64,000 nt of DNA. Origin: Raillietiella orientalis. Taxonomy: Eukaryota. A model generated the notes under the pieces. The model made no database searches. It saw nothing but the letters and a program-made list of their open reading frames with translations, and had not been told where the DNA came from. Position numbers and translations under genes: made by a program. Positions 10,201 through 22,187 of the stretch are shown here, one piece after another. Numbering within the stretch: position 1 is the stretch's first letter; each line of letters begins with the position of its first letter. The DNA is taken from contig JAYWIR010000019.1 in NCBI GenBank assembly GCA_036172245.1, positions 2,294,001-2,358,000 on the forward strand. The letters are read 5' to 3'.

Positions 10201-13200
10201 AGATTTCGTCGCAGGATGGAAATGGCGGAACAAATTTACAGCAAAAATCCCCACGATAACTCGTGTAGAGTACCTGATACCCCATCTACGAAAAATGGCG
10301 GCAGAAGGTGAGGTCCTTCGTGCATTGAGGTTCGTTCCCCGGACCGTCTGAAGAAGAAAAACAGAATTCACCAAGTGGCTTTAGAGATCACCGGGAATAA
10401 AAGTTGCCCTGAAAGCATGTGTTGGGAAAAGATTGGTAGCTTTTCTCTATGCTGGGGCCATTATTTGCAGAAGAATCGACCTTTTGTGAATGCTGATGGC
10501 TTTTCGTCTTGGATACGTTCAGATAGTGCAATCTACACAGATTTCAAACGAGGCTGTTTGCGCTATGCAAATCTATTGGATTTTTGCTCCGCTCTGTGAC
10601 CCCTGATTGCCGCTGCCACTCTGAAGCTAAACAACCACGACTAAAGAGAAGAACCTCTACGGGAACTCCAAAGACATGAAGTTGCATTCCGACTGAACGC
10701 GACTGGCGAATGCACTCTATTCTTTGCATTGACGGTGTCCATGCTTCGCCCCCGAGAGATTTACCCGGTCCTGGTAGCACGAAGCAAAGGAACACTTCGA
10801 TGATGGCTTTGCAACACATGGCCTCTCAACCAACGTGCAAGGGATTCTTTCCTCGGGGTGATCTCCGGGAAGGATCGATTTCTTCTTGCTGAAGAACGGC
10901 GAACAGTCTGCAGTCGGCGCTGCGTCGTTCCTGTTTTTCGACCACACTCGGCGTCACATACCACAGGAGGAGGCAGAAAGGCAAAGCAAAATGAGCCTCT
11001 CACCCTTGCATACGTTTGACAGTTCTGCTGTTGCAAGCACTTCATGCAGTTCTCGTAACTCATTTTTTCACAATCAGAAATACACATATATATATATATA
11101 AACAAATGGAACACCCCTTCGTCCAAAAACAAGATCTTCCCGCTGCCAGTTGGTAGGGTTTTCGACTCCAGTTTCCTTTTACCACTACAAGGAAACGATG
11201 AGAAATTCCTGAACCTAGTTTCAGACCACTCCGAGGCTACGCAAACACACAGAACAGAAGAACCGCACGTACGATAAGCGGCTGCCTCCCGCGCCAGCAG
11301 CCGGCAGCGAGCGACCCATCCTACGTTGGGGATGAGGACGAGGCTTCTTCAAATCGTCTCAGCAACGTGGTCGGTTGAGTCCAGCCCGATTCCCATAGGG
11401 AGCCGCCCACCACGACGCCGGTTCTGGTGCTGCCCATGCCGTGCTCATCTCTTCGGTGTCGGAACGTCGCGGCTGCTATTCGCGCCTGCCTACATACACT
11501 TCTCTTCAGTCTGGCTACCGAACGTGGTGGCCCACTGCAAGTCTTCGGTCCATTCGCGGCTCTCTTCCCCTGCCCGCACGAAGAGGACAGGACGCGTCTG
11601 CGCATCCATCGACAGATCGGAAGAGACTGGCAGAAGTGCTGGCCACAACGGATGCGAAGCCTCTCAAGAACTCACTCGAGCACCGCAGCGATCGCTTTTT
11701 TCGCATGTCCCCTGCTAAGTGTGGCTGCACTGCAGCCGCGCGCCACACCTAGAGGCGTCACGGGTTCGAATTCCCGCGAAGGGTATTGGCGCCGGTTTGG
11801 ATGCGACGAGTCTGGGACGTCTTTGGCTTCCGGCGAGCATGGGCAGGACGCGCGCTCACAGCTAGTTGCCTCGCCTTTTGCTGGTGCTAGGAACCCGGGA
11901 GTGCACCCTTCGGGGATCCTCCCCGGGAATTAGGGAGCATGACAGCTCTGCTCTTGCGTGAAAGCAGCAGAAGCCCCATTTCGGCGGCTGGCGTTGTCGA
12001 GCCTCTCTGGTGTCCCTGCGGTGTCAAGCAGCCGCTCTTCAGCTCTTGAAGGACCAAAAGAGAAAAGGGAAAAAGTGCAGAAGGATGTGGGGAAAGCAGG
12101 AAAAAATGAATCAGAAGATCCCATCCTCCTTCTCAGTAGAAGACTCCACGAAGAGCTGCTTCGTCCCGACGAAATCAGATTCGGCCAGTTCGAGGGTCCA
12201 TGGGAGGAGAAGCAATGAGATTGTTCGAGAGCTCGAAAAAGAGTGGTTTTATTGAGTTTTCCTCTCAAGAGTTGTCCCACGAATGAAATATTTCGGAAAG
12301 AGCTACAAGCACAAGAAGAAGAAGTATATTAACGCAAGATGAGGGAACAGAAGCTCGCTGCGCTGATAAATAGGAAACCGAGCGATGTGAGCGAACCTAC
12401 TTACTGGAGTGGCTCAGCGATGGTAAATAGTAGCATCTCGATCTTTCCTCGGCATCTCGAACCAATTCGTCCTAGAGAACGAGTCCTCGATTTCTCGAAT
12501 CCCAAGTTTTCCTGGAGCGACCGATGACCACACCATTCCGAGAAAAAGGTGGCTCGGAGAGGAGAGAAAGGCTTTTTTCAGTAGAATTGTGGAAAAATCG
12601 AGGAATGTAGATGTGTATAAAACCGTTTCATCCCTTTTCTTTTTTTCTTTTTCTTTTAGATCTCGATTTCGAAAAAAACACTTGCCCTTCGCGCAATCGG
12701 ATTGCCATTTTCTTGCAAAGTCGGAGGACCTCAGTGAGTTCGCAGCGGGTTCCTCCAGACGCGACTGGAAGCACCGTGATTGATGTCGCTCCGTGACAGT
12801 CTGATTTGCCTCTTGAATGCCAAACAGTCCTTCCTTTCTTATGGTTGTCTGTGAATTCTTCTACACTGAGACAAGTGAATGATCCTGGAGAGATGAATGA
12901 CCAGAGGTGTAGCATTTTCGGGTAGCCAGGCATCCAAGAAACGAGAATCTGCCACCTGTAGAGAACTTGCGAATCTTGAATATTCCCTGAATTAAATGAT
13001 TTAGAACTGCGCCATCGGCCATTTATTTATTTTTATTTTTTTTTCTTTGCGGTCATTTTTCGTTTTTTTGTGTTGCTGGTGCCCCCCCCCCTCCAAAAAA
13101 AAAGGGGAAAAAATATGATACATATCATGTTGAGAGAACTCCTGTGGGATTTTGAATTTATTCCTATGCTCCGTGGCTGTGCAGCTACGGTGAGGTCGGC

Positions 13201-16200
13201 TGCCACTGGTGAGCATGCGTGAAATTCTGAGGGTTTCTTGTAAACAGGCGGGAATTGATCGAACCCAAAGGCAATGCTGTTAAACGCGACTCTTGCATTC
13301 TCACAGCAATGCTTCCGGCTGCGAGGCTCGAAGACTTGCACTAGCTGTTGTTGCTGCTGGAGACACGCCACTCTCTCTTGAGGCTCGCAACCTCCTCCTC
13401 GTCGCGAAAGAGCCATTTCACCAGCCATTTCGTCAGCGTTTCCCAAACTTCTTCCCATGACGGAACGCTTCACAAATCCTGAAAATGGGGGGAATAGCTT
13501 GGGCTATTTTATAGGGTAGGCAGATATTAATAATAAACAAATAGAGCATGTAAACATAAGAGTTGAGAAAACAAAGCAAACCTCCATTCTCAAATTTGTA
13601 ATTATGCGAAACAAAAACACATGAAAGTAGTAAAATAAATTAGCGTATGTTTAGTGAAACGAATGGCTTCGATGTTTTGGGGTCTTTGAATGACAAATTC
13701 TTCTGACCTCGGGCACACCATATCAGCAAAGCTGCTGACTCGCAAAGCGAGGAGCGCCAGAGTTTCAAACATCTTTCGACTTGGCGCAGCATTCAAAATG
13801 CATTCGTTTTCCATAAGTTTTCACGGAACACTTATTGACTTTCTGGGGAACACCAGTGTTCCCCGGAACGTAGCTTGGGAAGCGCTGCAGTAAGTACGAG
13901 CGGCCTTGGAATTCTCGAGGATAGCGAAATCTTCACGAAAGCAGAAAACGTAAAGAGTCCCGACGGCTCGGACCCGTGTTCCCAGGAGTTTGTCGAGTTC
14001 GGTATCAATCACCACAGTGTGACCAGCCATTACAAGATTCGTTTCCAAACGTCCAGCGGGGGGCGATCCAACCCGTTCACTCCGTACTGGGGATTCAGTG
14101 GCATCTTTCGAGCGCTGGTCAGCAAAAGCGGCGTCTCAGATCCGAGGTCGAACTCGCGGGAAAGCAATCACAAATCACCAGCTGCGTTCTGCATCCGTAT
14201 CTCAGCTTACACACTCCCAGAGCATGCAGCGTCAACACCGCATCTAGTGTCAGTCGCCATTGCGGAATGCTACAATTCTGTGTGCTGTGCACTCTCTTAA
14301 TCGGCAGTCGGGTACCATGCAGTCGCAGAATACTGTACAAAGCAGCAGAAAACGCCACGTATACCAAATAGCTTCTCTGAAATAATGAGACCAGGACAGA
14401 AACCCACAATAAGTCTGAAGTCATGTTGACTTTTGCCATCGTGGATTATCGATAGGTCGCATGAGTAATTTTACCGCTCACGAAAAGACTATTAGAAGGA
14501 TGTTACTTGGATTAAGGACCTTTATTTCATTTTGTCCGTTTCCCTCGCTTCAAGTCAAACGGCCTTCACGTGAAGCCTGAGTGTTCGTACAGGTGAGCTC
14601 CTGCAATCAGTACCGAATGCAGTCTGGACGATGGAAGCTGAAAGTACCATGAGAGCACAGTTCGTATTTTTCTTATATGTATAGATAGATAGATAAGAAA
14701 AAGCCTCAGGGAAATACTGAGGAAGGGGAAAGGGGGGGGGGAGAAATCAGCATTTCAACACATCTGTTGGTGTGTTGAAACATTGCATTGCAGAGAGTCA
14801 AGAGATTGAGTAAAATCACTGGAGCACTCAATGAATAATCAATGAGTGCAGCCCAAAAACCAATAGAGACCAAATCGTGCCCTCATGAATAGTTAATTTC
14901 GCTTTCACTAATTCCTCAGAAAACAAAAATATCAAAACTTCGAACGCTGCCCGTGGAAAAGACGCCTTGAAAAAATATCCTTCGTCTCGATGGCGTACTG
15001 ACGCGTGCTCGTGTCTTAAATTCAGGTCCTTGACGACGAAGAATAGCTCCATCCAAACTTACGCGCCGTCTTCTAGAAGAATCGCCCGACACCTATTGAA
15101 ACTAGAAGTTTGCATGCCTGGAATTCTGCAGAAATTGGTGAGGATCCAGGGTGGTTCACAAATTTGCTCGTCCAAATTTCTTGCCAATTGGAGACTTAGC
15201 ATTCTGTGAACTTTGGAAGACTGGAGTGCTCTGGAGAGACCAACTTGTAATGAGTGTGTGCTGCATCTGATTAAACTATGGGGGAAGTTGAACGCACGCA
15301 TGCGATGTCAATTTTCGTCATGACTTCTTATTCGAGTTCGCAGCTCAAGATAACTCCTCATACTAAAGTGAGATTATGTGATTGTAGTACGCACCAGGAA
15401 GTGAGATGTCCTTGTCAGCTGCGGACAACGTGCCCGAGTGAATCGAAGGAAAGACACCTCTCCACCGCTTCAGGTCCTGGTTTTCTTCTCATGGCGCGTC
15501 ATCCACCCAGCCGCATGACGTGAAACCATACTTCGTGATGATCGGCTGGTCTAAGGAATTTTCTCTGAAGGCGTAGGTAAAATAAATCCCACATTCCCTC
15601 TGATGTTAGAAAAGTCGGAAACCGACGGAAACGCCCAGAGATTTTTCGGGACCCTCGAACTTTCAAAGACGTAACAGTTGAAAATCCAAAGAATCAAACG
15701 CAGCATCCGACGCGCAGAGGTGGCACCATGACAGCAGGGTAGCCGTCCTAAGAAAGAGCTGGGCACGTGGCAAATGCACACAGTACCGATCAATGCAGCC
15801 TTCCTCTCACTTCATCGAAAACTCCTTCCTGCTCCTGATGTGGAGGGCAAAACAGCTAAAAGTAAAATTATTCGGGGCACACTTCTGTGTGTAGAGGCCA
15901 TTAGCAAGTGTTGCCACCCTGGTTCGCTCAGCTTCTCAGGAGCTGCAATTAACAAACAAAGACAGTTTAAGCAGAATGGAGGGACACATCCAAATGGATG
16001 TGGACACTCGGCACTTGAGAAAAAGGATTCATGATGTTAAATAACAAGCGCAGAGCTGCTTGATGAACGCCTTTTCATAGGATTGGCAGTCTGTGTGATA
16101 TCTGTGTCGTTGCCACGGCTACCTTAAAGCCTTAGTTCCCTGTATATTTAAAAAAAAAAAAAAAAACGTATGCAACAGCGAACTGAGAATGTATCGGAAC

Positions 16201-19200
16201 TTTTGTTCTTCGTGCGTATTACCAATCACCTGTTGAAATTCCAATGCTTTTACACACAAATGGTGTATTTTGTTTCCACCTGCAAACGCAAGAAAACTCT
16301 TGGTTTCTCAGGACCTATGAAAAATTCCCTGAGCTCCTTGTGCTTGCTATCTGTTCCCGGAGAATTCACAAAGCAAACCTTCTTTCCAGCTGATCATATC
16401 TTGAGCCTTCCGTTGCGTCATACACCCACATGTTGCGATGGCCTTTCACCAAGCTTCCAGTTCCATCTCTTGTTACCCTTCCTCGCGTCCTGTCCATAGC
16501 GATGTGGAGAGGCTAAGCATACGTGAGCCCATTACAGCAAGCCCCTCGTAGGGAATAGATCCACCTTTCTACCTGAGCGGAAAGGATTCCAGGGAGAATC
16601 GGAGGGAACGGCCCGAGCTAGCAAATCATCAGCCTTTCCCTTCCTAATTACGGAATGGAGTTTGAAGCAAATGGTAATCAGGTTTCCTTTTGATTATCCC
16701 TTTTTTCGGTCCTCGAGTAGTTCAGAGAATTGAGTGTTTACTAGTGTTTACTTTTACTATGATTACGATTCTTCATTATGATTATTCTAGGATTGCGTTA
16801 GATTTTGAAGGAATTTCTTCTCGCCTTCGTTGCTTCTGGTATTCGGCAAGTCCTGGATAATTTGGGGGAATGTCCCCCTCCCCTTCCCCCTCTGTTTGTT
16901 TCTGCTAGCGAGCTGCCGGCTCGCTGACACGAAGCCCATGGAAATCATTCGTTTCCGGTTTCCGTCTTTCCACTCTTAGGCGTCCAGGAATGCTGTCATC
17001 ACTGCTACAGTTCAGAATTCTGAGGAGCTACAAGCGAACATCCTCTTTCAGAGATTGCCACAGATAGGTGCGTTTCAGGAAGTCGCGGGAAACGTGGATG
17101 GAGATTGCCTCAGTCAGCGACAGCAGACTTTGGACTCAAATTTTCGGCAACCGAATCCACCAGGAAGCAGTAATTCACTGTATGAGCAAAGATCACGGCA
17201 TCGGTTCTTGGTATCGTTTGCTCAAAGCTAGCATGCGCACCTTGAGCTAAATCCACCGTCACCATAGTAACAGGCGCTATATTCATAAGAGCTACAGTTG
17301 GAGCAGTAAGGTTGCATGGAGGCGGGCAGCTCGTGTAATCCTTATGTCATACGCACATATCCTTATGTATTTCCCGAAGATTGTCTCTGGGAATCTCCGA
17401 GAGATGACTTGCCTTCGTGAGTCGTTTCTCCTTCGATCTTTCTGCACACCTGACGCTTAAGAGAATTTAATGCGAATTGCAGTTTCGGTCCATTGAGTTT
17501 GCAACCATTCGCAGCAACCATGGGAGCACAACGAATCATTTGTGCAGGAAGCTTGCACAGAAAATTGAAGCTCTGACAACCAGTATGTCTTTGGAAACGG
17601 AATTAAAATGTAACCCCTTCTATTTCTTGCCTATAATCAGAGGAATGAGAAATCTGTTGCTTGCTCTGAAGGCATGTGGGAGAGATGAAAAAAATCTGTC
17701 AGAGTTGCAAATTGTTGCTACTGTTCTTTGCAGGAAAAAATTCCTGTTTTTCTCAGTGCTTTCAAACTCAGAAACAATCTCTCGGCTTTTTTTTTTATTT
17801 TTTGAATCATTCCCCCATGATACGGAAATCACACGATACGTATTCAGCAGCAGAAATGTTATATCCTTAACGAAGCTTATTTCACATTGCAGATTACTTT
17901 TCTTAACTAATTTAAACTCTTTCCGACTGCACCAAGGTTCTTTTCCAAGTTTCCCTTCTCTCGTGATTTTATTATCGAGCCAAATCTCTACTTCTGTTTG
18001 CCAACCAAAAAAGGCAGCGTTGGAAACTGCTTGGGCCGCAGGTGGACCGGACCCGGAGTGGTCGAATGGGGCACCGAGACCTCACGTCACAGTAACATCT
18101 CGAGCATGCCGTTCACACGAATGGAGAGTGCCGTAAACTCGCCCTCAGTGATCTCAGAACACTTTGTTGACTTATCCGGTAATTAGCCATTTAAGAATAA
18201 ACCCACATCCTCCTTTGTAGCCCACTCGTCTATTCTTTAATCATTCTTGGTTTCGAGTAGTAGTTGAATTCTTTGCTTATTGTTATTATCCAGATTCAGC
18301 TAGAGAAAAATTTCTTGTAGAAAATCAATTTGACGCCTAATTTCACTCATTCATATTTTTTTATTTTATTTTTTATCATTGCCATTATTGTAGGCATGCC
18401 TTTTTTCTTTATTTTTTAGTAAAAGCAAAGGAAAAGTGTCTAATGGCGGTTTCTGAGAATGAAGATTTTCACACTCTTCCACGAAAGGTCCCATCTTGAA
18501 AGGTAAGTTAAGAAACCAGGATGCACCAATCAAAAATATGCATCTTGACAATTTAGTGCAAATAACGGATAATTGCGAGGGACTTATACAGTCGGCATTG
18601 ATGCTAGCCCTAAGAATTTCCATCACTCGAGGGAACTTCGTCGGTTTCCTACATTTTTGCCTTCTGTGCTGCTACCTTTTTGCAGATGAAAAGGTGAGAA
18701 TGGCTAAATATGCTATTAAATGTTCTCTTTGGCCAATCTAGCTTTCGTGAGTGCAGTTTGCTAGATAGGATTCACAGAAACATCCGCTCCAGATGATGAA
18801 AGAATTTCTCGGTTTATCGTTTTCAGCATCGCAGAAGTGCATCGTCAACTTAGATAAAAAAAATTTCAGCCTGCTTATTATGGTTTTATTTTTCCTATTA
18901 TCATCTTTCTGACTGACCTGCCTTCGCACTCCTTTAGAAATGAAGTCGATTCAAGGTGTTTGTGATTTCAATCTATTTCTTCTTGTACTAAACTTTATAA
19001 ACTTCATTGTATCCATCTTCGACAAATTAGTCCCGAAAACTCAGCCTTAGCAAAGTTTTGATATTGCTCACCATCTGTATTCGATAATCTAAACTTCCTC
19101 TCAACCCCTGGATTTTTCATCTTTAGTGGTTCGGTTATTGTCTTCATTGGAAATTTCTTCTTATTAACAGAAATTCTCACATATACTTGTATGATGCATA

Positions 19201-22187
19201 CTCATCCAGGATTCACCCTCCGGTGGAAATGAGATTTCCAAAAGAAACGTCCTTATTCTTCGTTTGCTGAGGTAGGAATCGGCTAAATGAATGAGCAAGT
19301 GTTAAAACTACTGTTCTTTGATGCAGCTTGTAATTATGTGATGCCGTTAGTCCATACCACATGTGCTTGTCACTGAGATTCCTCAAAAATCACTTGAACA
19401 GTTCGGTCCCAAATGATAAGTCCAGGCTTGGACGTAATGTACTGTTGCTGGTCCACGTACTCACACTTGGGCTAGCAGGGAAAAAAAAAAAAAAAGCATC
19501 GTCTTCGTATCCTACCCAACCGGATTCTTACCCCTACCTCGTACCCAAAACTTGCAAGTTCGGCAAAGTTAATGTGAGGCATCAGTCAACTTTGCAGAAT
19601 GAAGATCCGAATACTCGATAATCGGTGTGCTCTGTGCAGGATTAACTTCATTTTATGTTCAAAGTGCGAGCCACATATGTATCTCCTGCATATCTGTGAA
19701 CTTTTTGCATTCCATATCATTGATATATGCTTTCTTACTTTTATAGTTTGCTTAAATGCATTTCAGTAAACACTGCTTCAAGTGTGTCCTTTAGATGAGA
19801 AAAAAGCAATTGGCAAATTACAACGAAGGCATCAGGAAGTCAGATCTCTATATTTTCCTTGCTATTTCCTGTACGAAAAGCTATTTCTCATTACTCTGGA
19901 GAGAAAAAAAAAAAAAAAAACTGAATGTTGAGACTGCAGTATCGGAAGATTTGCAAGAAATTGCAACGGTTTATAAGTCTGAACACACTAATTAACAGAT
20001 TCTGCTTTTGGATCTGGTATTTTCGAATCGTACTGTACTTAACGAAAGCAACAGAGAAACAGGAAGCGCAATGTAATTCTGCCAGTCTTCCCTCAGCTGT
20101 GACAAATAGTTCGTCATACTCACTTTTAATTTTAAAATCATCCTTCGTCTGCACAAAAACATTCTGTTTTAGAAATTATGTATAATTACAACCGAAATGT
20201 GGCCAGGAGAAGCACTTTTCGATTTTTCGTTCCTCAGTCCTCGTTTAGAGTATTTTAAGGTTCGAAGTAGCGTTTCAGAAAAGGGCACCGCTCCATTCGA
20301 ATAATGAATCACGCTGAGATTCGAACCTTTTGAAAAGTACTATAATCCATACATTGTTAAATATGTTGCATCTCGGATTCGGAAATTAAGGGTTAAAGCT
20401 TGTCGAAGAATTCCAATTCCAGTTCTGCAGAAAATTCTTGAAAGCCTCTCGCTATGTACAAATGAAATGAGATGATTGGCTATTCTGATTAGATCCAAGC
20501 ATTGTCATTTATAGCCACCACAATACACGAGATTGAGAATTATAATACGACTCATTAATTATTACTGGGAGAACGACCTATAAAAAGCTCTACCCGAGTG
20601 GCTTTCCTGAGGATAGGGAATGATCTCAGCTATTCATCGAATTGCACGCATTTTATGCACAGGAACATCGTTTTTTTTTTTTTTTTCTTCTAAGAAGGGA
20701 GGGGAGCAGGGGTTAAACTAAGTGTTCGTTAAAGGCTGCCTTTATATGTAAATCCTATCCAAAGAATCATCTTCAAGGTTGATGCTAAGCCTGAAGCTTT
20801 ATTCGCTATTTGTCATCAAGTTCTTCATTTTAATTCAGAGTTCAGCTTATGTAGAATATCCTCTTTTGAATAACCAAGGAAATCACATGATAGAAACTTT
20901 CAGCCATGCTGAGATGTCCTCCAGTGATTATATGTTACACTTAATTCTCGCGCAGATGCTATGCTCCCCCGAAATATAAGAAATTGAAGAACCTTCCAGT
21001 GAGAAAGTCTCACAAACTTCCTGTTCAAAGCTTCATAAGGGCACACACCTTGAAGAATGACTTGGATGTCCACAAAATAACGATGTTATAGCAAATGGTG
21101 GCTCTTATCAGGGAACTGGAACTCCATACTTACAGCGAAGTTTTCAGGAACTCTGCAGAGGGTGTTGCCAGTGATGCTGATTAATTTCGTTATATCATCA
21201 TATTATCAGAAGATAATTTTAATACGATTGAGACCCTGAGTTTTTTTGCTTTACATAAAATACAGTTTTCCATGCACATGTAGTGAATACCTCATGCTTT
21301 GTAAGCAGATTGGTGAATAAATCTCCTGTATGAGTACAAATCATGTGGAATTTTCGGAAATTTATTATAAAGTCAGGAATCTACTCACATGTAATAATGA
21401 TTCAGCTTCAGAATTTACATCGTGTGTCACATGTTTTGAGATTAAAAGTTAGTTTTCTTTATTAAAAAAATCAATACTCTGGATGTAGAATGGTTAGGGA
21501 AATTATTTTGGAAAGTCTTAATTGTGCCCCGAAACGAGATTAACATATGACGGTACTACCTGATGTGACATATATCTTTGTGATTGCCTTGCATTAATAA
21601 TCGTTTTTTTTTTTTTTTTTCAATTTAGTGATTTGTTTATTGATGAAAACAGCGATTTAAAGCATACTCTGCAGGTGAGCGATTTTCGAGTGTTAAACAG
21701 TCACAAAGACAGATGGGAATATGGGAACAGTTTTCATTATATAATTTAAATTTTCCAAATTCAAATTGTGATCAGCAAAGATCCCCGCGATGTTTGGGAC
21801 GAAATCGTGTTCAATGCTTTATTGGAAATCACAGATCAATGACAGTCAGACAGTCAATCTGAACGTATATTTGGAGAAGCATTTCTGGAGGCCGGTGCAC
21901 ATGTAAGCAAGCAGGCACAGCCTCCCGTGATCTTGTGTACCAACTCTTCTGCGATTGAAATTGATTTCAGTACCACAAGATGATGTGAAGAGGGAATGCT
22001 ACGCAGTTCAGGCTCTCGTTGTGAAGAGTTTGCGCAGCTTATTGAATCGTGTTGAGTGGATGGTTTGAGCTTCCGGAGCGCTTACGTAGAAGGTTGTACA
22101 CACCAAGTTGTAGAGTATTTAACGAAAGTTTTTTAGTGCTTTTCCATATTTTCGCTTGAAAATGATGACATAGCTCCAGTCTCAAAG

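Noticed and set aside
11958..12560. Coiled-coil-like peptides (EIVRELEKE; ELQAQEEEVY*RKMREQKLAALIN) with a possible 53-nt intron
   Set aside because: Could be a decayed gene, but I could not build consistent splice phases or recognise a family.
13381..13420. TCCTCGT motif inside a GGCTC/GAGCC stem, reminiscent of HDV-like ribozymes
   Set aside because: No P1.1 GG, P4 or J4/2 elements follow in the required order.
13841..14780. Short inverted repeats at 13841-13868 and 14753-14780, and a DRE-like TATCGATA at 14447
   Set aside because: Isolated, no associated gene or element; too short for pre-miRNAs.
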